Below are positions 25,916-38,937 of a DNA stretch of 64,000 bases, piece by piece. Below the pieces are notes generated by a model. That model worked only from the letters and a program-made list of their open reading frames with translations. It did not search any database and was not told the origin of the DNA. Source of the DNA: Lytechinus pictus (lineage: Eukaryota); NCBI RefSeq assembly GCF_037042905.1, contig NC_087252.1:18106001-18170000 (forward strand), written 5' to 3'. Made by a program: the position numbers and the translations under genes. The number at the start of each line of letters is the position of its first letter. Positions within the stretch are counted from its first letter, which is position 1.

Positions 25916-26482
25916 CCCGGGAGGCCACTTCCATTGACGAGTGGATACCATGCGCGACCACGGGGTCTCGAAAAGCACCCTAAACACATATTTTCCATGT
26001 TCTGAAAACGCACCCCTTAACAAGTATTGGCGTCTGAAACCCTACCCTTAACAAGTATTGGAAACAAATACTATTGGCGAGTATTCCTTGAAATGAACCC
26101 CTAAACAAGTATACAGCAATATTGTATTGTTGTGTCACAGGTCCGTCGGTCGTCGGTTTTACCTAATTTACACACCATTTGGTTTAGTACGGCCCCACCT
26201 TCCTCACCTCGCGCAAATCGGGACTCAAAACACGTAGTGTTGGGGCAAAAAGGACATCCTTTATACAACATTTTAATTTTATTTTATCATCCCCGCCAAT
26301 TTAACCCTAAACATGTAGCTTTCCTAGCAAAATAGATACAATTTTTTCATATTTTTTGTGTTTTTGATACCCTTATCACGTTACGTACGTAACGTGCCCT
26401 ATCTTGAAAAAGACATCCTTTTTACGTGTTTTTTTGGTCGCGCATGGTATCCACTCGTCAATGTAAGTGGCCCACCCCCGGG
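25916..26482. mobile_element. CCCGGG-terminated non-autonomous DNA element, 8-bp TSD
   Basis: TIR CCACTT(C/A)CATTGACGAGTGGATACCATGCGCGACCA; TSD CACTTTTC (25908-25915, 26483-26490); an inverted copy lies at 54176-54856. Confidence 0.9.
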
Positions 26483-28436
26483 CACTTTTCCCAGTCTCCG
26501 AAAGATGAAACAAAGAAGTGGGCTATAAATGGGGGGGGGGGGGGTATTTATTTATTTTTTTATTTTTCTGGGGAAACAGTTTTCATGTGTGAAATGGCAT
26601 TTTTTTCTTGGTATCAGGTTCGAAATAAAAGTATGCAGGCCAAAAATCCAAGATGGCCGCCACTTCCCCAGAAAATCACATTTTTGCCAGTTATTTATAT
26701 TGTATATTAAAAAACCTTTTGGTCTCTTTACCTTAGTTTCAGTTGGTCAGGGAAATGGTTAATCATGTTCATGCATACAGGAAGAGATGATATGACTTGA
26801 TACATTTTTTTTTTTACTAAATTTCATATTTTCTTGCAGAAATTTGCATATTTACTGCAGGTTGTGCAATAACTGAATGAACCAAGTTGACATATCCTAG
26901 TTAAATGTCTTGCTGTCCCAATTAAAATGACACTAATTTAAATGAGCAACAGGAAAATTACAGACCAAAAACCTGATTTTAAGGGTCGTTTAATGGGATG
27001 TTTACTTTGACAATAAATGTGATTGTGTGACAAAGTCACTAAGGTAGACAAAATAGAGAAACGGTGAATTATCGGATGGTCTAATACCACATGGTCTATT
27101 ATCAGTTCGTCTAACTTCACATAGTCTAAACTCATATCGTCTACAACCAGTTCGTCTAATATCCAATTCGTCTAATTCCCACTTGGTCTAATATCCAATT
27201 CGACTAATTTCCATTTGGGCTAATAACCAGTTGGGCTAATTTCCACTTGGTCTAATATCCAATTCGTCTAATTCCCACTTGGTCTAATATACAATTGGTC
27301 TAATGAGCAGTTGGGCTAAAATCATTTAGTCTAATTTTCAGTTGGTCTAACACCACTTGGTCTAATTTACACTTTGGCTAATTTCCACTTGGTCTAATTA
27401 TCACTTTGTCTAATTGCCACATGGTCTAATGACCGTTTGGTCTAATTTCCACTTGGTCTAATTTCCATTTAGTCTAATTTCCACATGGTCTAATATCCAA
27501 TTGGTCTAATGACCACTTAGTCTAATAGCCAAATGGTCTAATGACCAGTTGGGCTAATCGTCACTTGGTCTAATTTCCATTTGGTCTAGTTCACACTTGG
27601 TCTAATGTCCATTTATTCTAATATAGCATCATTATTATTCATTTTATCTAGAATTAGCAAATATGGTACGTATATAATGGATAAATACCATGCATCAGTT
27701 AATACATATCGCCAGGATCCGGAGGGGTAGAGCTGGTGGGCGCAAAACCTCACCGTGAAGGACTATCGATGACAAGATAGTCGCTCATCAAATTAATTAT
27801 TCTAATAAAATAATTCTCATAATTAGGCCTGTATATCGATTATAAGATGATGATAAAAATTATATCATACTCATAATCATTACATCACCGCATGCACATT
27901 TACAGAACAATAAGTTGGGGACCTTGTAGCTTATAATGGTCGAATGGCGGGGTTTCATCAGAATAAAATTGTTATGAAGAAAGGAACGAAAATATAATGT
28001 AATTGATTGTGTGGATACGTATCTGGTAAACATGTTTATGCCTCTTTTAAATAATTGTTATGCACCATTACGGACGACTCTTGAACCTGATGGCCTAGTT
28101 ATGCAGTTTGGGGGATTCCAAAACTTACAAAGCCATTAGATCATGCAATTTTGTTATGAATGTTAGTTTAGTTATTTCAATAGTAAGTTTGGAGGCAAAT
28201 AACAGACCAGTTAGATATAGTTTGATAACACTATACAGGTCTATTGGGTTAGCTGCGACAACATCACTGCGACCATCTTGGTAGCAGCTACATCATTCTG
28301 ACGTGTAATAACATAGTATACATGTAGCCTACGCTTGCAGACCTTTATCAGTTATCACCACAGTAGTCATTCATCTTATATATCTTCTCATTCTGTTTTT
28401 GTTCTACTTCTTCGCCTCTTCCTTAAAATGGATTGG

Positions 28437-28870
28437 CAAGGTTCCCACCCCATCAGGGAAATCAAGGAAATCAGGGATTTTTTAAACGTTTTTCCAGTCA
28501 GGGATTGCCTCAAATCCGAGGAAAATGCCTCAAATGAGGGCAAAATCAGGGAATTTTGATCGGCCCAAAAGTCGAAAGCATGATAGTCAGTGAGACTCTG
28601 TTATATTTTGTTGTATATTAAAACAACATTCATTGAATGACATGTTATGGTTTTTTTTTGTGTGTAGCCTCTTCTACTACAATACAAGTATAGGCCTACT
28701 GGTACATTAATTATACATGCATAACTAAAATAATAATAATACATGTAATTCACTGCAACAACTTAGAAAACATGAGAAACTGGGAATGGGTTTAAATAAT
28801 TATCAAGGAATTTTTAAACTTCATCAGAGATATCAGGGATTTTTGTTTTCTTGAAAAGTTGGGAACCATG
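28437..28870. mobile_element. Small TIR element nested in the foldback element
   Basis: CAAGGTTCCCA ... TGGGAACCATG; flanked by ATTGG on both sides; internal ATCAGGGA repeats. Confidence 0.55.
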
Positions 28871-29733
28871 ATTGGGTTAAGCCAGCGTTAACTATCTACA
28901 GTAGATCGTATACATAGAGGTGAATAAATAAACGTATTTTTTCACCTCTATATTAGCATTATTTTACAGAAAAATAGCAAATTTTGTTGTTTTCACCAAA
29001 ACCTTCAAAAATCCCCTGAAACAGACAAAAAAATTCCCAAAGTTTGTTTAATCCCCAAATATTTTTTTCGTCCCCACAGGCTTTCGAAAATCCCCATATT
29101 TTCAAAATTCAGTTGGGGACGAAATATACGTCACTCTAACTGTACTCCAATATCGAGGGGCGCGCGTGTGAAGATTCGAAGCCGGCGCGCGGAAAGTAAC
29201 TTTAAAAATTTCACCAGAAAATTGAAAAGAAGTCACCATGCAGACTTTACAAATTAGACCAAATGGCATGTAGACGAAATGAATGTTAGACTATCTGGAA
29301 ATTAGACCAAGTGGAAATTAGCCGAAGTGGAAATTAGACCAAGTGGAAATTAGCCGAAATGGAAATTAGACCAACTGCACATTAGACCAAATGAATAATA
29401 GACCAAGTGAGGATTAGACCAACTAGTATTAGACCAACTAGTATTAGACCAACCGGCTATTAGACGAACTGGTATTAGACCAAATGCAATTAGACCAAGT
29501 GACAATAAAATACATTAGACGAAATGGCAATTAGACCAAATGAAAATTGGACCAAGTGACGATTAGCCCAACTGGGCATTAGACCAAGTGGCTATTAGAC
29601 CAAGTGGTCATTAGACCAATTGGCTATTAGACCAAGTGGCCATTAGACCAAGTGGATATTAGACCAAGTGGTCATTAGACTAATTGGCTATTAGACCAAG
29701 TGGTCATTAGACCAAAAGAGAATTGGACTAACT

Positions 29734-32700
29734 GGCCCGTATTCTGATAGCAGGTTTAACTTAACCCTAGTCTAAAGTTAACCCTGGTTTAACTAAACCT
29801 CCTCTAAACCTCACCTCTGGTCTAAGTGTAGTTTAATTATTTTGGTATTCTGATAGCCAGGTTTAACTAAACCTGGGTTAAACCCGGGTTTAAATTCTTT
29901 TTGGAAATAATAATCCTCTTTTAACCAAGACTAGCACCTTTTTGGTAAATTAGTGCTGCAGGGATGACTGCAACAAAGTTGAAAAAATGTCACTAAAGTT
30001 GTTTTTTCTTAAAAATTTGGATTTTATGGAAACTAATTACAACTATTGTAGTGAAAGAAAAGCATTCATCACCCATATATGGTAAGAAATTTTCATTCAG
30101 ATTATCTTTATATTTTTTAATTACTAAAACATTTCAATCCCAAACCGAGTGACCTGCATAGTTTTGTGTGTATCAGTCCCATTGATTGCTTTTCATGTTT
30201 GTCAAAATCTAAATTGAATAGATTCACCTCACCCACTCTAGACTAGAGTCTAGACTCTAGTCCTATAGATCTAAAACAATAAGTTAAGAGGTCGACATCT
30301 TTATTCTAACTTTATGTAAGGGGAAATTTTTGTAACTTTTGAGAGTAGTCTTGGGTCTAACATTAGGCCTAGGCTAGTATAGTTAGATCTAGCTTAGGCC
30401 CAATTGTTTGGAGGAGAATTGAACATTGTTTCGACTTTTTTTACTTTCCTGAAGCAAACCGTAGTCTAGTGGAGCAACCGAGACTGAAGCTACATTATAC
30501 ATATTTATAGTATTGGTCTAGGCCTAGAACATCATTCAGGAATTAGGCTGGCTTAGCCTTGGGACAGGGATAGATATAGATCTATATTCTAACCTTATTC
30601 TTAGTTAGAATCTAGTAGAATAGATCTGATTTGTCTTAGACAAAAAGCTTCAGTCTCTGTATTGTTCCGCTGAGTCTATGATGAGTATGACAGTCTACGA
30701 CTACGTTGCCGTTGGCCTCTCTCACCAAGGCAATGTGATATGACAATAAAATGTCAGAATTTTTTCAATAAATCCCCAGAAACGACGGTTATTCCTGTCT
30801 ACACAGACTACAGTGTTAGATCTGACTATCGCTATGCATTGCCATTGCTTGCCAAGTAACTAGGCCTGGCTAAATGACATCTCTCTAGGCCTACTCCTGT
30901 TTTAGGTCCATATCTGTTTCTTTGAAGAGTTTTTATTTTATTTAAATATTTTTGGGGACTTGTTTAGGTTTCCAGGTCCAGGACTAAAAAACAGGCCTAA
31001 ACCTAGACCAACAACAGCTTAGTCTTGACTAGACTAGGCCAGGCCTAGATTTATGTAAGAATTTAGATCTAGGCCTTACGTTAGTCTGTGCTATCCAGTC
31101 TACTGACTTACTGTATGATCTAGAATCTCTAACGCTGGCCTAGTTCTAGACTAAATAACTTGGACCCTATCTAGATCTAGAACTAGATCTGTATCAATCT
31201 AGGTCTACATGTAATAGGTCTAGATCTAGAGATTTGTAGACTCTCAATTTAGATTCTAAATCGAAAAATAGTAAATGTAGGCTAGTCTACAGTAGATCTA
31301 CTCATCTAACCTTAGCTTAGGCATGACAAAAGAAGTAGGCTAGAGATCTAACGGATTATTACTAGATCTAAAGAATGTAGATCTAGGCCTAGATCTAAAG
31401 CTAGGGACTGTAGTTCGAGATCTAGAGGTCTAGCACCCCCCTTAAAACTAGAACTAAGCCTACAGCTACATGTAGTTCTCTATGTAGCCAAACAACAGTT
31501 AGCATTGACTATTGTCTTAATCTTATTTTGGTGTGTGTAGTTACCATACAAACACATATTTTGATGAATGAGAAAATGTGTCTTGCAGATTATTTTACCT
31601 CAAAACCTATGTGTTCTAAATTTCATGAGCATAGGCCTATGTCATAAAATGAAGAAGTTCAATCCACGAGATGTGTTTACACATTTATTGATTTAATATG
31701 ATGTTACCATGGCAACAAAGTTTCCAACACACACAAATATATGTCTTGCAGATCTATACCTCAAAACCAATGTGTGAGCCGACTTTTATAAGAATTGGTT
31801 GAAAAATGAAAACTAATGAAGTAGTTCAAACCGCAAGATGTTCACCTAATTTCATTATGTAATATGTTGTTACCATGGCAACACGATTTCTGATACACCC
31901 AAATATATGTCTTGCAGATCTATACCTCAAAACCAATGTGTGAGCCAACTTTTATAAGAATTGGTTGAAAAATGAAAACTAATGAAGGAGTTCGAACTAC
32001 AAAATTTTCACCTTATTTTCTGATACAGGCAAAAATATGTCAGACATCTTCACCTCAACATTAATGTATGTGCCAAATTTTTAAGAGAATTGACCAGTTG
32101 GAAACTGATAAAGTAGTTCAAATCACAAGATTTTCATCTAATTTTTTATATTTGATTTGTTACCATGGCAACATGATTTTTTTGTATAAAGACATAAAAT
32201 ATTTTTTGCACATCTTCACATCAAGACTAATGTTTGTACCACATTTCATGAGAATTGGTTAAAACTTAGGAAGTAGTTGGAATTGCAAGATTTTTACATA
32301 GTTTTTGCCATAATATACCGTTTCCATGGCAACACAATTTCCAACACATGCAAAAATGTGTCTTGCAAATCTTCACCTCAAGACTTATGTCTGTGCCAAA
32401 TATCATGAGAAATGGTTTGAAAATTATAAAGTAATTAAAACCACAAGTTTTTCACCTAATTTTCGATATTTGATATGTTACCATGGCAACGCGATTTTTT
32501 ATATACTTTAGGCATAGAATATGTTTTGCACATCTTCACATTAAGACTAATGTATGTGCCAAATTTCACGAGAATTGGTTAAAAACTGAGGAAGTAGTTG
32601 GAACAGCAAGATTTATGCTTAGTTTTTGTCATACTATACCGTTACCATGGCAACACAATTTCCGACACATGCAAAAATGAGTCTTGCACATCTTTACCTC

Positions 32701-33146
32701 AAAATCAATGTGTTAGCCAACTTTCTTGAGAATTGGTAGAAAACTGATTAAGTATTTTAAACGGCAAAATTTTGAACCATAATATACTGTTACCATGGCA
32801 ACACAATTTCCGAAAAAGGGAAAAAAAAAATCTTACACCTCCTTACCTTGAGACCAAAGTGTGTTCCAAATTTCATGAGAATCTGTTAAAAACTGAGGAA
32901 GTAGCTCGAAATGCAATATAGGCATAAATTCTAAAAAATTGTTGGCCATGATTTGTTGGATTTAAACCAGGCTTAAACTACCCCCTGCGCGAGTTTAACT
33001 TTTTGAGGATTTATTACCACACTTAGACCAGGGTTAACTTAAACCTTGCTATCGGAATATGAAATTTAAACCTAGGTTTAAATATGGCAGTTTATTACCA
33101 CACTTAGACTAGGGTTAAGTTAAACCACGCTATCAGAATACGGACC
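29734..33146. mobile_element. PIF/Harbinger-like non-autonomous element nested in the foldback right arm
   Basis: TIR GGCCCGTATTCTGATAGC / GCTATCAGAATACGGACC with extended subterminal inverted similarity (GGTTTAACTTAACCCTAGTCTAA); imperfect 3-bp flanks ACT/ATT. Confidence 0.8.
31520..32930. repeat. Diverged ~160-bp tandem repeat carrying GTTACCATGGCAAC
   Basis: Motif at 31703, 31869, 32159, 32320 (GTTTCC variant), 32477, 32641 and 32789, with repeated AAATTTCATGAGAATTGG-like segments. Confidence 0.9.
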
Positions 33147-33882
33147 ATTGGGTTTAGCCCGAATGTTGTTAACCCATCTGATGATTAGACCAAGTGATAA
33201 TAGACCATCCGTCAGTAAACCTAGAGAAACATATTGGTGAAGGTTTGACAAAAATTGACCAAAAGATTTGATGTCATATGCAAGCAGTGGCTCCCTATGT
33301 CATTTTATATATGAATTCAATAATTCCCCATTTTATAATAGCTCATGCTGACTGAATATATTTGTCTTAAAGTAGTGGAAATGAAATGTACCTGATAATA
33401 TATAATGAGGCGACAGGTAAAGTAATTCTCATATATCTTTAAAAACAGTAATTTATTGAATCTGTATCACATAAACAATGTAGTAGCTGCTCGTCCATGT
33501 ACATGTATGTGATGTTAAAGAACCGGTCCTCTAAAAAAAAAAAATAGAAATCAATAAAACTTGAATAATTGATGGATTTTGCCAAATTTTCACCATTACG
33601 TTTTTTTTTTTCAATTTTCATTAACAACTTCAACCAAGGATGAACATGTATCTAATTAAATTGTCTTTTTATCCATTAAATGTACAAGTATATAGTGTAT
33701 CATTGAAGTTGATGAAATTGCTGAAAAGGGAACACAGTATCCCCTCATCCCGCAAATCCGAATGCTATTCAGAGCATTATATCATCAACTTGGGATGACA
33801 TCTTCTTGACCCGTCTTTATGGAAGGTTGTGTGTTTGAACAGGATAACAATATCAGGAAATTTAAATAAAAAATTGTTATAC

Positions 33883-36746
33883 AGGTTTTCCAGGTCAAAT
33901 TGTCCGCCGTGTCAGAGCAAGTGTCCGATTAGGTAATTCTAATGTCAATAGCGAATTTAAATGTCCCATTAGCCAGAATTGCATCCCAATAGATGAATAA
34001 AATGTCCTTAGATAAGTCAAATGTCCGCACAATAGAATTTATTTCCAATAGGTAAATCAAATGTCCATCTTGCAAATCAAATGTCCTAATAGGTAAATAA
34101 GACGTCCACATAGGGAATTCAAATATCCGTTCAATAGCAATTGTTATATAATCATGCATGAATTAAGGCATCAAGTCTTACATAGGTAAATCAAATGTCG
34201 TTTAGGTAATTCAAATGTCCATTTGCTAATGATGCTGAAAAGAGATTGAAATTTTCTTATAATGTATGACGAATGTACTCATTAAGTATCGAAATTATGT
34301 TTAGTAGTAAAGATTATTCAAACAATAGGGTATAAAGCCAATTACAATTTGGTTTATAATACTTGAACATTAATTTTATGGAAAGCTTAACAGAAACAAA
34401 CATGCTTCATACCGAGAGTGTAACATTAATAGAATATTTAAAGTAAAATTCGTGGAAATTGATTGTTATGTCTAAATAGTTGTTCTCATCGAACATTGAC
34501 AATGTAGGCATCACTCTGCTAGTCTTCCATATAGGGTCCAAAACAAGGTAATTAACCGATAATGAAAAAGATATGAAAAAAATGAATAATTGTTAATAAA
34601 GATGACGGAAGTATTGTTTGAATTAATTAAGGAATAAGAGGTAATTTTAATAAATCAAGGTTAGTTGCATAATGGTATTTCTTTAAGTACAAGAATTCGA
34701 AATACTACCCTGCCTGAGTGAGCCTATCAAAATGATTACTTCTTATCGAGCTAGATACACCCTACCCACCCCGTCTAATTAAATTGACTTAAAGTAATTA
34801 AAATCAATCCCAGCATTGGAAATTATATCGTCTAAGACGTTTATCTGACTTACCAAAATATAATTAAGTGGATTTCTGACAGCATTGCACGTTATGTCTC
34901 AGGTAATTCAAATGAGTGTATAAAATGTAACCGTTATGAATTAACATGCATTTTCAAATTTTCATTACAAATGACACCAAAAAGTTGGAAAACTATTCAT
35001 GCTTGAGCGAGCACTGCCCACTGAAACGTTGATGACCTAATTTTCAGAATTTATTATCAAATTGAAAGTCCGCTCTGGACTTATAATGCGTACACGTAAT
35101 AGCAATCACTCTCAATCTCAACAGGAAGGGGGAGGTACGAACCTGTAGGAGGGAGGCTAACGTTCTGTTGACCCTTTTCCCATCAGCACTGAAGTCCTTT
35201 CTTACCCCTCTCCTGACTCCAATGAACACACTGCTGAGACCCACATTGTAAAGTTAAAATGCTAAAGATTGCAATTCACGCTCACTCATGCATGGAATTT
35301 TTATTTTATAATTCATGAAATTTTCTCTGACAATTTAAATTGATAATGAATGGCCATTTATTACCTCAAGTTTGTAAGTTCCAAAGGACTCGCCTCTCAA
35401 AAACTGAAAGAAACCGAAATGCTAATTCCTGCCCACCCTAATTTTCATACACTATGTTAAGTGGGTAGTGTTCACTCAAGCATGAATAGTTTTCCAACAT
35501 TTTGGTGTCATTTGAAAGATGACTTTATTGGCTTTCCATATATATAAGTCTTTCCCCCAAAAGTGATATACGTGTTATTTGGCAGCCATTTCAAAATTGT
35601 ATAGTTTTTCTTGGGACGCACTGTATATATAATCTGATACTTAAGAAGAATTAAACAATAATTATTTTATGACTTAAATAGGTTTCATAACTGTAAAGAA
35701 CAAACGTTTTTACAAATAATGAGTTTTTCATATGAATTATGCAATTAAATGCCAAGTTAAGATGTATATATTGATTTTTTCTGGGATTGAGTAAAAAATA
35801 TTGTAAATAATATCCGTAGTTTGTCCGTAGATCATGTTTTGTGGCGTTCGATTAGTGGAAGGACTATAATAATTTGGTAAATAAGCAACAGAATATGTAA
35901 GAAACATAACATTTTACACCCATAGAGACTATTGAAATCACTATATGACATTTTTTTGGTTTACCTATAACAAATGAGTAGAGAAGGAAAAGTTGAAAAG
36001 GTGGAATGAATGGAAGGAAGAGAAAAGAGCCTGATACAAAAAGGCGCTCCATCTCCACTAAGACACAAACGGCTCCAAAACAGGGGCGGGGTAGAATGAA
36101 AAGGGAAGAAGTATATGATTGTGTACAAAAATAAATAAATAAGACGAATACAACATACAGGACCAAGACCCCCCCCCCCCCCCCAAAAAAAAAAAAATAA
36201 AATAAAAAAAAAAATGAATAAATCAATAAATAAAAATAAGGATAAAACTCAAGGAGGTCAGCAAATTTGTGAAATGAGGGGTGGGGGATCCCTTGTCTGA
36301 TGAATGGATAGATCGAGTAGGAAGGGAAAGGGAAAACTGAGTGACAGAAAATGAAAAAAAGCGAAAGATGAAAAAATGAAGTTATCATGTTCGAGTAATC
36401 ATTATTTCAAACCGTGGACAATCGAGATCCCCATACGACATTTGTTTTCACAAGTGGGATATTACACTCTCTAATTGGACATTTAGTTCCCTATGTGACT
36501 TTTGGTTTCCCTAATCGGATATAATTTTGATATAGCTATATGGACACTTTGAACCTACGTGGACATTTCAACTCCCGACTCGGATATTTGATTTACCTAT
36601 ATGGACACTTTGAACCTACATGGACATTTGAATTCCCTAATCGGACATCCATATTCTTATGCGGACATTTGTTCAAGTACACGGACATTTGAAATACCTA
36701 TATGGACGATCGGTTCCAATCTGCGGACATTTGACCTGGAAAACCT
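33883..36746. mobile_element. 2.9-kb non-autonomous TIR element with 4-bp TSD
   Basis: TIR AGGTTTTCCAGGTCAAAT(T)GTCCGC / GCGGACATTTGACCTGGAAAACCT; ATAC on both sides; subterminal AAATGTCC / GGACATTT arrays. Confidence 0.85.
34950..35623. mobile_element. Partial Tc1/mariner-type MITE
   Basis: Right end TGGGACGCACTG|TA is identical to the terminus at 5415; internal inverted pair at about 34968-35006 and 35475-35514; left terminus not found. Confidence 0.6.
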
Positions 36747-38231
36747 ATACACTGTATTTCAATAGTGTTTAAAGGAAACCAAGGATAACAAGTATTAAGA
36801 AAGTTAAGTAATATATATAGGTGCCATGGGATGCATGTATCCACTAAATTCACCAATTTTAAACCAAATTATTTTTTCAGTAATTTCCTCTTTTGGTTTA
36901 CTCACTTATTTATATTTATTTCTATGTTTTAAAAAGTTATTGACAATGACTGATTTAATGATTGGCATGTACAATGTATGGAGTAAAACTTTGTATACAT
37001 TGGACCACTAGTGCTCACTGAACAGTGTTTGAATATTGTATTACCCTTTTATACCATCAATTTAATTTTGTTTATGATACATCAGACTAAACAACCTTAC
37101 GCTGCACATCTCAACAGCTACTTTTATGAAAATAAGCCTTTTAAAAAACTGTTTGATACTTTTAGCATTTAAACCAGAGTTTATCCCCATCCCCTCCCCC
37201 GGTCCAACGTCCACCTTTCTAAATCCGGTTTTGGGGTTCACAATGTCACAATTTTCACTCAGTTTTTTTAATGAAATGTTACTTTTATCAGGACAACAAG
37301 CCGCTTCAAATAAGTTAGGTCAGACAGGGATTTGAAATACCACTCATTTACCTCGCATCCTATGTCAAATATGCAAATTTCTGCAAAAAGACTGATGAAA
37401 TATGGAAAAAAAATGTATCAAGTCAATTTCCAAATACGTTACTCTTCTGTTATGCACAAATGCATCAAATGACTCCTAAAACAAGGGTTAAGACACCAAA
37501 GGCTTGTGAAATAAAAAAATGTTTTGGTAAAAAATTTGGTTTTCGGAAATTTGACGATGAAGCGTCTCGTACATAGAACGTTGCCAATTAAATGTCGTTT
37601 GACACTGAGATCGAGAAGTGAGTTTGGTCTATTCTTGCCCAATTCACCACACACCTCAATCATTCGCTGCCGATGAAGAGGATACTGTACGAGTTCTAGA
37701 CTACTTCAACCATCTTCCATCGAAAACCGGCTATTTTACATTAAAAGAAGATCACATATCGAAAACTTGCATACAGTGTTCTGGACATATAATAGACCAT
37801 GTTCCATATTGGCTCTAGGGGGAAAATTGGCTTTAGGGGCGAAGGCAATCTCCGCAAAAATAGCATCAAAGCGACTAGTGAAGAGTCTACACACGTCGCT
37901 GGTTTATAGATATGAGCATCATACACTGGCGAGTCTCCCCAAACCACCGCATGCAATCTACAGCCACTGTTCGGTGGCTACACGGCCCTTCATGTACAGA
38001 GAGCAGTCATATGAATTAAATCCGAACATGTTTTGCAGTGGCGTATACACAAGGAGGTGGAAAACTTGGAATTCGGGCGATAGCCAAAATTAATTTAGTA
38101 AGCGGTAATAATAGTGATAAGCCAAACAAAACCGAGAAGAATCTACATCATGTAGATCGAAGTCCAGTTGTTTCCACGTATAATTGTTTCAAAATGATTC
38201 TAATTAAGCGATGAATTAAAATATATATACT

Positions 38232-38307
38232 CCTACTACCACCGATACTACTACTACTACTACTAATACTACTACTACTACTGCTACTACTACTACTACT
38301 ACTGCTG

Positions 38308-38340
<33 letters not shown>

Positions 38341-38463
38341 TACTAAGTATTACTCACTAATAATAATTATACATGTATAAATGCCCGGTATAATGATAAA
38401 GTGATGATGATAAGAAGAAGAAAAAGGCCGGAAAAGATCACAAAAATAATAATTAATAATAAG

Positions 38464-38499
<36 letters not shown>

Positions 38500-38701
38500 G
38501 TGACTCCTACTGTTCATAACAATGACGATAACAATAAAAATGATAATATTAATAATAATAGTAATAGTGATAATAATAATAGTAATGATAATAATAATAA
38601 TATTGATAACAAACTATGCAATTTATAACAATCTTATAACAGTTTCAAAATGATGCTTATGATAATAAAGTATACTACTACTACTATAATCATGATAAAA
38701 T

Positions 38702-38733
<32 letters not shown>

Positions 38734-38830
38734 AGTGATAATAATGATAATAATAACAATAGCAACAACAATAATAAATGTATAACTACATTAACAACTA
38801 CATGGCTATGACGACTACGACGACGGCGAC
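38232..38830. repeat. Compound trinucleotide microsatellites (TAC)n, (AAT)n, (GAT)n, (ACG)n
   Basis: Directly visible runs. Confidence 0.9.
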
Positions 38831-38937
38831 CAACAACGGTGACGGAATGTCATCCTCTTCTTCCATGATAGTGAGAGGGCAAATTACCAGCAATTTGGCA
38901 AAGGCAAATGACCAAGGCAAACATTTGAACCTGTATA

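Larger units (their letters stand above)
27063..33221. mobile_element. Foldback/Mutator-like element with tandem-repeat arms and 9-bp TSD
   Basis: TSD TAGAGAAAC (27054-27062, 33222-33230); left arm of ~16-17-bp TTGGTCTAAT units (27073-27620); inverted ATTAGACCAA arm (29253-29733, resuming 33147-33221). Confidence 0.88.

Noticed and set aside
35864..36388. 174-aa hydrophobic ORF
   Set aside because: Translation of an A-rich low-complexity tract with homopolymer runs.
37560..38100. First exon or promoter of the fucosyltransferase, or short ORFs
   Set aside because: Mildly CpG-rich, but no convincing minus-strand donor or protein similarity seen.
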